A DNA stretch of 48,154 nucleotides from Candidatus Bathyarchaeota archaeon (GTDB lineage Archaea > Thermoproteota > Bathyarchaeia > TCS64), in assembly GCA_043826455.1 (NCBI GenBank), contig JBDRQD010000064.1, forward strand, positions 1-48,154, read 5' to 3'. The position numbers and the translations under genes are program-made. Position 1 is the stretch's first letter. Each line of letters begins with the position of its first letter. Positions 1 to 9,337 of the stretch are shown in pieces. The notes beneath the pieces are model-generated. The model saw nothing but the letters and a program-made list of their open reading frames with translations. It was not told where the DNA came from and made no database searches.

Positions 1-54
1 GGATCATACTCACCATGGAAGCCTGGTGAAACACTATGAAGAATATCACGGAAT

Positions 55-383
55 AAAACATGGAATTTTTTTCCGCCTAATACCCTCTAGGAGGGTCTAA
101 GACACCCAGCGAAACGATACACGCACCACGCCAGCGCAGAAGCCCCAGAGAGGGGGGAGGGGGTAGAGCAAGAAAAACCGGAAACAGGTGCCCCGCGCCA
201 AAAGGAGTCACGGAACCGGTCCGATGCGATCCCATTCTATGCAAAAACACCGTCCATTCCACACAGAAACACGGCACATTCAACACAGGCACGGCGCAGC
301 GGAGACCTGATGTGCAAAAAAGGTAGGGGGGTACCATATAATGGAGAATTATTTTATTATTTTCATAATAATGGTGCCCGCCC
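55..383 (+). repeat. ~330-bp non-coding dispersed repeat, copy 1 (inverted copy at 19700-20030)
   Basis: Reverse complement of 19700-20030 aligns by eye; core 141-383 differs by about 4 substitutions and a few 1-nt indels. Confidence 0.95.
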
Positions 384-449
384 CAACGAGGCCGAGGCCC
401 AGCACAGCCAAACCAGCCCATAATCTAAATCCTATAGTACGTTTTCAGG

Positions 450-977
450 CTACACCTGCACCTTCATCTTCTGCTGCGGAAGCCCCTTGCCACCCACAAG
501 AATCATGGTCCTAGACCCCACCAGAGTCTTCTCACTTTGCTCCAGGCCCACCCTCCTGCCACTGGCCTCCTCCGTCAGGAACGCCGCGTACACCGCGAAG
601 GGGCACAGGAAGGGCCCCGAGACCAGGCGGCGGCAGCTGGCCCCGAACACGCAGTCCCTGAGGTTGAACCTGTACTGGCCGTAGCCCTCCATCACCACGG
701 TGGCCTTCACCGCCAGCCCCGCCTCCTCCAGGAACCCGCAGTAACTGTCCAGGGTCCCCTCCACGTCGTGGGTCCTGATGAAGCTCATCACGGGCACCCC
801 GGACACCCTGTACAGGGTGTCCCTCATCAACCCGGTCAGGGTCTTGAACCTGGCCGCCGGCACGATGCCGGAGGTCACCTCCACGTAGGCCAGGAAGAGG
901 TCGTGCATGAAGGACGCGAGGCTGAACCTGGTCAGATCTAACCCTGCAGCCCCTTTCGGCCTCACGCCAGCAGCCAA
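450..977 (-). CDS. Hypothetical protein, V4R/methanogen-output-domain-like ligand-binding fold
   Basis: Host-like codon usage; motifs FNLRDCVFG..C and CPFA..AA typical of V4R-like domains. Confidence 0.6.
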   Translation of the reverse strand: MAAGVRPKGAAGLDLTRFSLASFMHDLFLAYVEVTSGIVPAARFKTLTGLMRDTLYRVSGVPVMSFIRTHDVEGTLDSYCGFLEEAGLAVKATVVMEGYGQYRFNLRDCVFGASCRRLVSGPFLCPFAVYAAFLTEEASGRRVGLEQSEKTLVGSRTMILVGGKGLPQQKMKVQV

Positions 978-1157
978 AATAGATCAAGTGAACCTGAGGA
1001 CCTGGGGATTAAACCATTATCCACCAGTAATACAGAACACGAGAGCAACCACCAGAGCCGAGAGCCTGGAAGAAGTTCACGTATTACCCAGCCACGGTCA
1101 CATGGGATACGTGGAAGCTGCTCAGACAAGAAAATGAAGTTAAAAAACTGGGGGACG

Positions 1158-1922
1158 CTACTCCCTGACCGTCTTCAGGTCCTTGGCCTCTACGGCGCCC
1201 AGGTACATCTCGTTCAGCAGCGGGTGGTTCAGCAGCTCATCCGCCCTACCCTCGTAGGTGAACCTGCCTCCGCGCATCAAGTAGCTCCAGTCGCCTGCGG
1301 CGAGGGCGCGCCTGGCGCGCTGCTCCACCAGCACGATGGGTAGGCCGGTGTCCTCGGCCATCTGCTCCAGCTGCCTCATGACGTCGTTCACCAGCTTAGG
1401 CATCAGCCCGGCCGTGGGCTCGTCCACCATCATGATCTTGGGGTCTCTCATGAGCACCATCCCCTCGGCCAGCATCTGGCGTTCGCCGCCGCTCAGGGTG
1501 CCGGCGGGCCTGGGCATGAAGTCCCTGAGCCTAGGGAACAGGCTGAACACGAACTCCAGCTTATCCTGTATAACGGAGGAGTCCGTCTGGGTGTATGCAG
1601 CCATCTTTAGGTTCTCAGCGACGCTGAGCCTGCTGAAGATGTTACCCACCTGAGGCATGTACCCGATGCCCATCTTGGTGCGCTCATATGCGGGCAGCTT
1701 GTTGATGACCTTACCATCGAAGACGATCTCTCCGCTGTACACGGTGCAGAGCCCCATGATGGCCTTCAGCAGGGTGGTCTTACCGACGCCGTTGGGGCCG
1801 ACGATGATGGTGACCTCCCCGTGGGGTACCTTGAAGTCAAGGTCGTAGATCACGTGGATGGGGCCGTACCCCACGTTAAGACCCTTGGTCTCTAAAATGT
1901 ACTTGCTGCTCATCTCACTCAC
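1158..1922 (-). CDS. livF: Branched-chain amino acid ABC transporter ATPase
   Basis: Walker A GPNGVGKT, signature LSGGERQM, DEPT, VEQ. Confidence 0.93.
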   Translation of the reverse strand: MSEMSSKYILETKGLNVGYGPIHVIYDLDFKVPHGEVTIIVGPNGVGKTTLLKAIMGLCTVYSGEIVFDGKVINKLPAYERTKMGIGYMPQVGNIFSRLSVAENLKMAAYTQTDSSVIQDKLEFVFSLFPRLRDFMPRPAGTLSGGERQMLAEGMVLMRDPKIMMVDEPTAGLMPKLVNDVMRQLEQMAEDTGLPIVLVEQRARRALAAGDWSYLMRGGRFTYEGRADELLNHPLLNEMYLGAVEAKDLKTVRE

Positions 1923-2673
1923 CTAGATACGCCTTGATAACCCGCTCGTCCTCGAAGACCTCCTCGGCGGTGCCCTCGGTGACCAGCTTACCCAAGTCCA
2001 TGGCGAACACGTGGTCCGCGTACTGGGCGGCTACCTCAAGTCTGTGCTCGATGACCAGGAAAGTGATGCCCAACTCGTCGCGCAGCCTCAGCACGTGGCT
2101 GAAGATCTGGTGGCAGAGCACCGGGTCGATGCTGCCCACGGGCTCGTCCAGAAGGATGGTCTCGGCGCCAGACATGAGGGCGCGCCCGATTTCCAGTAGC
2201 TTCAGCTCGCCACCGCTCAGAGTGTTGGCGGGCTTGTTCCAGACGTGTCTAAGGCCCAGGACTTTAAGAAGCTCGGCGGCGCGCCTCACCGCGCTTACCT
2301 CGCTGTCGATCCACGTGGGCTTGAATAGGGACAAGGCGATGTTCTCGCCTGCGTTCTCCGGCAGCGCGACCAGCATGTTCTCCAGGGTCGTGAGCCTGAG
2401 GAACGGTGAAGCGATCTGGAACGTGCGTACGAGTCCTCTCCTCGCGATCTTGTACATCTCCTCGCCGGTGATGTCAGCGTCCCTGTAGTATATGTGACCC
2501 TTCTCAGGGGCGAATATCCCTGTGACGCAGTTCACCAGCGTGGACTTTCCGCACCCGTTGGGGCCCACCAGAAGGTAGATGCCCCCCTCCTTGAGGCTGA
2601 AGCTTACGCCGTCGTTCGCTGCGAACTTGCCGAAGTACTTGTATACGTCATCTATCACTAGTATTTCCGACAT
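1915..2673 (-). CDS. livG: Branched-chain amino acid ABC transporter ATPase
   Basis: GPNGCGKST, RTFQ, LSGGE, IEH, C-terminal V.KAYLG. Confidence 0.93.
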   Translation of the reverse strand: MSEILVIDDVYKYFGKFAANDGVSFSLKEGGIYLLVGPNGCGKSTLVNCVTGIFAPEKGHIYYRDADITGEEMYKIARRGLVRTFQIASPFLRLTTLENMLVALPENAGENIALSLFKPTWIDSEVSAVRRAAELLKVLGLRHVWNKPANTLSGGELKLLEIGRALMSGAETILLDEPVGSIDPVLCHQIFSHVLRLRDELGITFLVIEHRLEVAAQYADHVFAMDLGKLVTEGTAEEVFEDERVIKAYLGE

Positions 2674-2727
2674 GTCGGCATCAACTATCCATATAGCGTG
2701 CAGAGTCTGTTTATATAATTTTTCAAG

Positions 2728-2742
2728 CTTGTCCCGGACAAG
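2728..2742. promoter_or_regulatory. Palindrome CTTGTCC-C-GGACAAG just upstream of the livG TATA box; candidate transcription-factor site
   Basis: Perfect 7-1-7 inverted repeat next to TTATATAA (2711-2718) and an A-rich BRE-like stretch on the minus strand. Confidence 0.4.
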
Positions 2743-2912
2743 TGCCCAATAAAGTCTATTTTTGCATTAAATTTGTAAAATAGATGAAAAAATATTAACA
2801 ATGCACAATGAGGTTGTTTTTTCTGCACATGTTTTCTTTTTGACCTGAGGTGGTCTCCACCGTATCGTTATATTTGATAAAAAGAAGAAAAAGGGGTATT
2901 ATAGTGCTTTCT

Positions 2913-4226
2913 TTACCTTGGTGTAGGTGCGAATCCCAGATACACGGTGTTCCATGACACCGAGTCCGTGGTGGCGTCATACATACCATATACCACATTC
3001 TGCACACCTGAGCCTATGTCACCATAGCCCCAGATCTGGTAGTTGGATCCGCCTCTGTCGCCAGCCGCGTTCAGCAGATTCCAGCCGCTTGCTCCAAAGC
3101 TGTTGAAGCAGGTTGTGGCCTGTAGTGGGATGATGTCGTCTGCATCTGTTGACTGGGCCTCCAGTATGGTCTCGGCCAGAACCCAGCCGATGTCGTAGGC
3201 ACAAGCCTGATAGTAGCTATAAGGCCGAGCGAGTAGCGCAAAGTAATCCTCGTAGAGGGCCTTGAACTTTGCCGACTCCGCGGGAGCAGCCAATGTACTG
3301 TAGATGTGGAGGTGTGAGGATTGTGTAGGAGCGTCGTCGATCATCTGCTGTGTAAGTGACGTGCCGTCACTACCGAACCATTTAACACTGTAAACGGCCG
3401 GGAAGTCCTGGGCCTGAGTGACCATGGTCACGGACTCCTCGAAGCTGATGATGTCTATACCGCACTTGTCAACACCGTATTGGGCTATAGCGGGGGCCAA
3501 CTTGTCCTCTGCCGACTGCAGGTAGTTGGCGAACTCCGTGGCCTCACCGGCGTACCTGATCCTCTCCAGAATCACGCCGCCGTTCGCTTCGAAGTGGGGT
3601 GCCATGAAGTTCCAGATACCGTCAGCCCAGGCGTCACCACGCTGTATTACTATGAGGTACTTGACGCCCATGCTCTGGATCATCCTGCTGATGGCAGGAG
3701 CCTGTATGGTATCGTCTGGGCACATCCTGTAGAGGTTGTCGTCAGGAATAGCAAGCAGGGGGCTCGTAGAGCTGCTGCTCCACATGAGCATGTTGTTGTC
3801 GTTCGTGTAGCTGAGGGCTGCAGACGCCTGGCTAGACCAGCCGCCACCTATGTAGATGTTGATGTCCATGGACTTGAATCCCTGGACCTTCTCAAGGTGG
3901 ACCGCGGCCTGACCCGTGGCGTCGTCAATCAGATACTCGAAATCCACGTCATACCCAAGCTTTGCTGCGTATTCGTTATAGTCTGGTACCATCATCTCTT
4001 GTACGTGGGGTACAGCTGTTTCCATACCTGTGGTCGTGGAGCTAATGTATCCTATTCGGACTGTCTTTCCAGTTAGGGGCGCCTTCTCCACCGTCACGGT
4101 GATGGTCTCACCGGGAGCTGTCTCCTTGGGTGCGGCGAAGTATCCGACGCCTCCACCGACTACAAGTCCTACGACTAGAAGCACTATTGCTAGAGTGTTA
4201 CCTTTCATTTCCAAGTTTTGCTTCAC
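2913..4226 (-). CDS. Liv-type ABC transporter substrate-binding protein, N-terminal membrane anchor
   Basis: Hydrophobic N-terminus LVVGLVVGGGVGYF; type I periplasmic-binding motifs SSTSPLL..LYRMCPDD, AYD, GASG..L.AAGDR. Confidence 0.9.
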   Translation of the reverse strand: MKQNLEMKGNTLAIVLLVVGLVVGGGVGYFAAPKETAPGETITVTVEKAPLTGKTVRIGYISSTTTGMETAVPHVQEMMVPDYNEYAAKLGYDVDFEYLIDDATGQAAVHLEKVQGFKSMDINIYIGGGWSSQASAALSYTNDNNMLMWSSSSTSPLLAIPDDNLYRMCPDDTIQAPAISRMIQSMGVKYLIVIQRGDAWADGIWNFMAPHFEANGGVILERIRYAGEATEFANYLQSAEDKLAPAIAQYGVDKCGIDIISFEESVTMVTQAQDFPAVYSVKWFGSDGTSLTQQMIDDAPTQSSHLHIYSTLAAPAESAKFKALYEDYFALLARPYSYYQACAYDIGWVLAETILEAQSTDADDIIPLQATTCFNSFGASGWNLLNAAGDRGGSNYQIWGYGDIGSGVQNVVYGMYDATTDSVSWNTVYLGFAPTPR

Positions 4227-4434
4227 CTATTGGTTGTCGCAGATTGTACATTCTTCACTTACAATATATAAGATTTTTACATGCTCTTATTTACATTAGC
4301 CCTATTTCGGAGCCGTAATGGTCACACTCCCTACGAATATGGTTTTTTTAGCCCAAAAACCCATATTTTAATCCCTTTAACCAAACGCGTCACTGGTATC
4401 ATGAAAAGTATTATTAAGTTATAAGTGACAACGC

Positions 4435-5406
4435 ATGTGGGTTAACATGTTAATCCCTGCAATATGGTTGAATGCGTTAATCTACGCTTCTGAGCTAACG
4501 CTTCTAAGTATCGGCTTTACTCTGACATACCTGACGGCGAAGGTACCCAACTTCGCACATGGAACATACGCTGGAGTCGGCATATACGTCAGCTTCACGT
4601 TCTCTAAGATACTGGGCTTCAGCCCCTACATCGGCTACCCGGTTGCTTTCCTCGTCGGCGGCATCATCAGCGTCATCATCTACATGCTGGTTATCAACGT
4701 TCTAACACGGATGGGTGGAGGAGCCATCGTCCTCACAATCTCGACGCTGGCTATACAGATCTTCCTAGGCGCAATGATTCAGATCTACGCATACTGGCTT
4801 CTCCTCAGGTACAGCACATACACCCAGGTCTTCATGCTCAAGGAGTATGACTTCAAGATTGGAGACTTCCCAGGAATCTTCATTGTCTCAATGGGGCTTA
4901 CGATTACCAGCGTACTGCTCCTGCACTACATGCTGACGAGAACAAAGATCGGAGTAGCCATGAGGGCGACAGCGGAGGACCCTGAACTAGCGTCAGTTCT
5001 GGGCATTAACATCAACCAGGTACAGATATTCAGCTGGTTCCTTACAGGCGGCCTCGCCTGCCTGGCCGGCGCCATGATACCCCTGTGGTTCCAGAGCACC
5101 CCATCGTCCGGCGCCATGATCATCACAAGCATCATGGCCGGTAGTCTGCTGGGAGGCTTCGAGAGCGTGTACGGAGCGGTCGTAGGAGGGTTCCTAGTGG
5201 GCCTCTCCGAGGTCATGCTCACCACCTGGGGCCAGCAGATAATAGGCGTCTGGGTCGGCGAGTACAGGCCCCTGATACCCATGATCTTCCTAGTCGCGGT
5301 TCTTCTCATCGAACCTGAAGGACTGCAGGGGGTCTACAACAAGTTCAAGGCCACCGAGACGGGCGGGAAGATGCTGAAATCCATAGGGTTGATGAAGGAG
5401 GTATGA
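4435..5406 (+). CDS. livH: Branched-chain amino acid ABC transporter permease
   Basis: NFAHG motif, TKIGVAMRATAEDPELA..LGIN, LLGG..S..GAVVGG. Confidence 0.92.
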   Translation: MWVNMLIPAIWLNALIYASELTLLSIGFTLTYLTAKVPNFAHGTYAGVGIYVSFTFSKILGFSPYIGYPVAFLVGGIISVIIYMLVINVLTRMGGGAIVLTISTLAIQIFLGAMIQIYAYWLLLRYSTYTQVFMLKEYDFKIGDFPGIFIVSMGLTITSVLLLHYMLTRTKIGVAMRATAEDPELASVLGININQVQIFSWFLTGGLACLAGAMIPLWFQSTPSSGAMIITSIMAGSLLGGFESVYGAVVGGFLVGLSEVMLTTWGQQIIGVWVGEYRPLIPMIFLVAVLLIEPEGLQGVYNKFKATETGGKMLKSIGLMKEV

Positions 5407-6620
5407 TGATGCTGCAAGACATAGCTTTCGGACTGTTAACTAGCAACGTGTCAGCGATCACCGGGTCATCCAGGCTCATAGTCGACATCGCCATGTACTT
5501 CGGCCTTTTCGTCATTGTCGCCATGGCCCTCAACTTCCAGTACGGCAACGCGGGCATCCCCAATATGGGGTGCGCCGTACAGGTTATCGTGGGCGGCTTC
5601 ACCGTTAGCGCCCTCACCATGAGGCTGATATTCACGCTGGTGGGGGGCGCAGGCGTGCAGCTGCGGACTTGGGCTACCGACTGGGACTGGGTCTACAACA
5701 ACTTCTACAACGTGGACGTCACCAACAAGTACCTCGCCACAAAGCCTGTTCTGGGTATAAGTATGCTGCTGTTCAGCATAGCCGTCAGCATGGTCCTTGG
5801 CGCAGTCATGGGGTGGCTCATCGCCCTGCCGGCCATCAGGCTCAGGGCGACCTACCTGATGATAGTGCTCATCACCATGGCCGACGCGGCCCAGATCTTC
5901 GGAAGAAATATACCTGCAATAAGCGGTGGAACGTTAGGGGTATTCATACCGGACATATTTAGGTGGTACCCGGGCGACCGCACTGTGGTGACGGCCGTCA
6001 TCGCCCTGTTCCTGGGGCTTGTAAGCTTCTTCATATTCAGGACGATGCTGAACAGCCCCTACGGTAGGCTCATGAGGGCCATCCGCGAGAACGAGGTGAC
6101 GGTGAGCAGCGTAGGCAAGAACGTCATCGGCATCAGGAGGAACATCCTCATGTTCGCCAGCGGCGTCACAGCCATCTCTGGCACGCTCCTAGCCTTCTAC
6201 TTCAGCTACGTGGTGGAGGCCAACTACCAGCGAGCCTTCTGGACCTACTGGCCCTGGCTGATGCTCATCCTCGGAGGACCCGGGAACAACGCCGGGACCT
6301 TCCTGGGCTGCGCCCTAATCGTCGCCATGCGCCGCATCATCATCGTGCAGAAGTGGCTCATCGAGTCCCTCTTCTTCTTCCCAGTGGCCTACTTCGAGAG
6401 CGTCCTGCTGGGGGTGCTGCTCCTCCTGGTCATCATGTTCCGTCCCAACGGACTGATCCCGGAGAAGCTGCTGTACATCCCCGGTATCAACTACTCCCAG
6501 ATGGTGAAGGAGGAAGTCAAGGTGGACTGGAGAGGCGCACCTAAGGCACGAGGCGCCAGCAGCGGTATATCGGGGATGTTCCGCGCCCTGGGCGGTGGCA
6601 AGAAGGAGGCGGCAGAGTAA
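5403..6620 (+). CDS. livM: Branched-chain amino acid ABC transporter permease
   Basis: [41 protein letters not shown]. Confidence 0.92.
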   Translation: MMMLQDIAFGLLTSNVSAITGSSRLIVDIAMYFGLFVIVAMALNFQYGNAGIPNMGCAVQVIVGGFTVSALTMRLIFTLVGGAGVQLRTWATDWDWVYNNFYNVDVTNKYLATKPVLGISMLLFSIAVSMVLGAVMGWLIALPAIRLRATYLMIVLITMADAAQIFGRNIPAISGGTLGVFIPDIFRWYPGDRTVVTAVIALFLGLVSFFIFRTMLNSPYGRLMRAIRENEVTVSSVGKNVIGIRRNILMFASGVTAISGTLLAFYFSYVVEANYQRAFWTYWPWLMLILGGPGNNAGTFLGCALIVAMRRIIIVQKWLIESLFFFPVAYFESVLLGVLLLLVIMFRPNGLIPEKLLYIPGINYSQMVKEEVKVDWRGAPKARGASSGISGMFRALGGGKKEAAE

Positions 6621-6769
6621 TGGATTGGGACACGATCCTGTTCTGGGTCATGATCGCCCTCTGGGTGATCATGCCCGCCTTCATCGTCTACGAGGAGGTC
6701 CGGGAGAGAAGAGCCCTGGCCGCATCCGAGTCCACTGGCCAAGAGATGGAAGCCGAGGAGAAGAACTAG
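6620..6769 (+). CDS. Small single-TM protein, 49 aa ([49 protein letters not shown])
   Basis: Not in ORF track; TAATG overlap with livM stop, AAGGAGG upstream, host-like codons, followed by T-rich terminator-like tract. Confidence 0.75.
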   Translation: MDWDTILFWVMIALWVIMPAFIVYEEVRERRALAASESTGQEMEAEEKN

Positions 6770-6838
6770 AAGCACCTATTCTATTTTTCCTTTTTCCTTT
6801 AAAAAATGAAAATTTTGAGAGCCTGAAAAAGACGCGGC

Positions 6839-7207
6839 TTACTCAGTGGTCATGGTGTAGTGGACGCCCAAGCCGGTCAAAGATTTATCGACCTTCTCGA
6901 TGAGGTCCTGGACCTTCTTCATGGAGGGCTTGGAGGTCCACTCGAACACGAAGTCATAGTCCCCCAGAGTCATGCTTGCGTCGCTGATGATCTTCTGGGG
7001 CTCGTAACAGTCAGTGTAGGTCTGGGACAGGTTCTTCAGGTAGTTGTCCCAGTCCCTCTTGTCAGTCTGCGTCCTGGTCGGGTAAGGCACACACTTGTGA
7101 CTGAACTTGACCTCGGTGGCCTTGGACATCTCGACAGCGACCCCCTCCAGCGCTTTAATGGCCTTCAGTAGGGGCGGCCCATATATGCGAACATAAGTCT
7201 TGGTCAT
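6839..7207 (-). CDS. Hypothetical protein
   Basis: Host-like codon usage; TATA-like TTTTAT upstream; no family recognised. Confidence 0.75.
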   Translation of the reverse strand: MTKTYVRIYGPPLLKAIKALEGVAVEMSKATEVKFSHKCVPYPTRTQTDKRDWDNYLKNLSQTYTDCYEPQKIISDASMTLGDYDFVFEWTSKPSMKKVQDLIEKVDKSLTGLGVHYTMTTE

Positions 7208-7288
7208 GGTGATCGAAAATGAAAGGTGATTGATCCGATAAAAAGCCTTTCCACTGGAAGACGATCAGACCGGCAATGGGACGCGTGT

Positions 7289-7468
7289 TTATGTTTCATC
7301 AGTCTTCTCAGAGGCCATGCGCCTCATGAGGAGCTTGTACTTCCTGTACTTGTCGTCCATGGAGAACTTGGCCGGGTGGGGTGGCACCGCCTCGCCTCCG
7401 CAGCTCGGGCAAGTCTCCTTCAATGTGTAGCCGCGGCACCTTGTGCAGCGCCTGAGAAGCCATACCAT
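7289..7468 (-). CDS. nop10: H/ACA RNP protein Nop10 (59 aa)
   Basis: Translated by hand: MVWLLRRCTRCRGYTLKETCPSCGGEAVPPHPAKFSMDDKYRKYK...; canonical position after aIF2alpha. Confidence 0.95.
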   Translation of the reverse strand: MVWLLRRCTRCRGYTLKETCPSCGGEAVPPHPAKFSMDDKYRKYKLLMRRMASEKTDET

Positions 7469-7475
7469 CTTGGTT

Positions 7476-8276
7476 CTACTCGCGGGTGAAGCTGATTGTG
7501 CCCTCGAACCCTGTCCACGCCTGTTGGGTGAACTTGACCACCTGGTCCAGGGCCTGCTCCGCCTTCTTGTAGTCCTCAGCGGTCAGCTCTATCCTGTACT
7601 TGGGGGCCCCTAGGGTGTATATCTTGACGGTTGCCTCGTTCTCCTGGGCCACCTCCTCCGACTTCATGAAGGCGTCCTTTATGTCCAGTACGCCGCTGCT
7701 GGACATGGCCGTGGCCTCGAAGACCCCCTGCACCGTCACGCCCTTGATGATTATCTTGTCCTGGGCTATGGCACTGAGAACCTTGGCAGTCTTGGCGTCC
7801 ACGCCCGCCTCCTTCAGGGCGTCCACGCCCCTCTTTGATGCCACCTCTAAGCCCTCGTAAAGGCTGCCGTAGGCCTCCACGAGTTTCACGCCCGCGGAGC
7901 CGTATAGCTCTGGGACTCCAGCGCCCAACTCCTGGGCCGCCTGGGCTAGGAGGGTCTCTGCTTTCCTGGCCTTCTTCCAGGACTCTAGCTTTTTCCTCTT
8001 ATCGTCTCTGCTCACCCGTCTCAGGCTCAGGTCCACCTGGCCCTTGCCCGGGTCTGTCCGCAGTACCTGTAGGACCACCTTCTGGTTGGGCCTGACGTGG
8101 TTCCTGATGTTGCGCACCCACCGGCTGCTGATCTCCGATATGTGGAGCAGCCCTTCCTTGTTGCTGTACTCGTCGAGGCTCACGTATGCGCCGTAGCTCT
8201 CGACTCTCTGCACGGTGGTTACGACTAGGTCCCCTACTTCAGGCCACTCAGGTAGTCCCAGACTCAAAACAGTCAC
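7476..8276 (-). CDS. eif2a: Translation initiation factor 2 subunit alpha
   Basis: S1 domain PEVGDLVV..GAYVSLDEY..EGLLHISE, DLSLRRV, GAPKYRI. Confidence 0.96.
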   Translation of the reverse strand: MTVLSLGLPEWPEVGDLVVTTVQRVESYGAYVSLDEYSNKEGLLHISEISSRWVRNIRNHVRPNQKVVLQVLRTDPGKGQVDLSLRRVSRDDKRKKLESWKKARKAETLLAQAAQELGAGVPELYGSAGVKLVEAYGSLYEGLEVASKRGVDALKEAGVDAKTAKVLSAIAQDKIIIKGVTVQGVFEATAMSSSGVLDIKDAFMKSEEVAQENEATVKIYTLGAPKYRIELTAEDYKKAEQALDQVVKFTQQAWTGFEGTISFTRE

Positions 8277-8470
8277 CCTAGAACCGCTATTACTGAGGCG
8301 TTGATCTTTGCCTTTCCGCCCGTGGGCTCAGCCAGGGGCTCGCCGCAGGTCTGGCACATGATCTTGGTGCTGCTGTGGCTGAAAACGATCTGCTCGCTCT
8401 CGCAGCTTATGCACCTGACCCGGAGGAACCTGCTGGAGGGCCTGGGTATTAGGTGTTCCCACTCGGCCAT
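8273..8470 (-). CDS. rps27e: 30S ribosomal protein S27e
   Basis: SRFLRVRC..C..EQIVFSH...C..CG..LAEPTGGKA. Confidence 0.97.
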   Translation of the reverse strand: MAEWEHLIPRPSSRFLRVRCISCESEQIVFSHSSTKIMCQTCGEPLAEPTGGKAKINASVIAVLG

Positions 8471-8471
8471 C

Positions 8472-8747
8472 TTAGGCTACCTCCGCCTTCTTGAGCCTGA
8501 TCCCCTTCCGCTGGTGGGTGTAGCTGCACTCCTTGCACTTGAGCATCAGCGAAGTCTTCTTTGTGACCTTGGCCTGGTTGTGCTGCTCGGGGAACTTTTG
8601 GCCGCCGTACCCCTTCTTGCGTTCAGCCTGCCGTCGCTCGCCTAGCTTGGCGCCGTGGCGCTTGCCCGCCTTGTAGATGGAGACGGCGAACTCGGTGTGG
8701 GTCTTGCATTTGGGGCAGAAGGTCCGCAGTGATTTTGGAATTTTCAT
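8472..8747 (-). CDS. rpl44e: 50S ribosomal protein L44e (eL42)
   Basis: MKIPK..RTFCPKC..HT, GYGGQ, K.TKK..L.L.C..C. Confidence 0.97.
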   Translation of the reverse strand: MKIPKSLRTFCPKCKTHTEFAVSIYKAGKRHGAKLGERRQAERKKGYGGQKFPEQHNQAKVTKKTSLMLKCKECSYTHQRKGIRLKKAEVA

Positions 8748-9337
8748 GGCTCTATCTCCACCAGCTTAGCTATACCTCTCCTTATTAGGTTTACCGCATT
8801 CTGCTTGGGGATGCTCGCCACGTCCTCGGGCTTGAAGGGCCCGTAGGCCTTCATGTCCACCCCCATGATGGCGGGGAGGAGCTGCAGGAACCTGACCACG
8901 ACAAGCTCCTGGTCCGCTGCCTGGGGCGGAGGCGGGAGTGGCTCCGGGCGGGGCTTGGGGGCCGCCGGGGCCCTAGGCGACTCAGGGGCGGGTAGGTCAG
9001 AGCCGTCCCGGTAGCTCGCCAGGAGCTGCCTCATGTTGGCGTGGAGCCTCTGCTCCTCGGGTGTGAGTGCCTGGGCGTCTATGGGCTTACCCTCCAGCTC
9101 TTGCCGCACGATCTTCCCCAGCCGGGTCTCGGTCAGCTCCTTGAGCATCTGGTTGGCGTACGTTCTCTCGGTCTGGGTTATCCTTCCGGTGAGGGACTCC
9201 GTGTCCACAGGGACTTTGTTGAGCTCCTGGACGTACTGCTTCATCTCCCTGAGTAACTCATCTTTTATGTTCTGGAGCTCAACGGTCTCCTTCTCCTTCC
9301 GCCAGGCCGCTTGAAGCCTCTCGTACCTGTTGCTCAT
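8744..9337 (-). CDS. GINS complex subunit (Gins15/51 type)
   Basis: Helical A domain plus C-terminal B domain VRFL..LPAIMGVD.K.YGPF..EDVA.IP..NA..LI..G; position between priS and rpl44e; ATGA overlap with priS. Confidence 0.85.
   Translation of the reverse strand: MSNRYERLQAAWRKEKETVELQNIKDELLREMKQYVQELNKVPVDTESLTGRITQTERTYANQMLKELTETRLGKIVRQELEGKPIDAQALTPEEQRLHANMRQLLASYRDGSDLPAPESPRAPAAPKPRPEPLPPPPQAADQELVVVRFLQLLPAIMGVDMKAYGPFKPEDVASIPKQNAVNLIRRGIAKLVEIEP

Noticed and set aside
141..383. Replication origin (G-strings plus AT-rich tract)
   Set aside because: No recognisable ORB consensus (TCCAxTGGAAA...GGGG) and no orc1/cdc6 gene in the window.
77..421. ORFs inside the 330-bp repeat (77-421, 19578-19772, 19883-20068)
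   Set aside because: 1-nt indels between the copies break the frames, and codon usage and composition are not protein-like.
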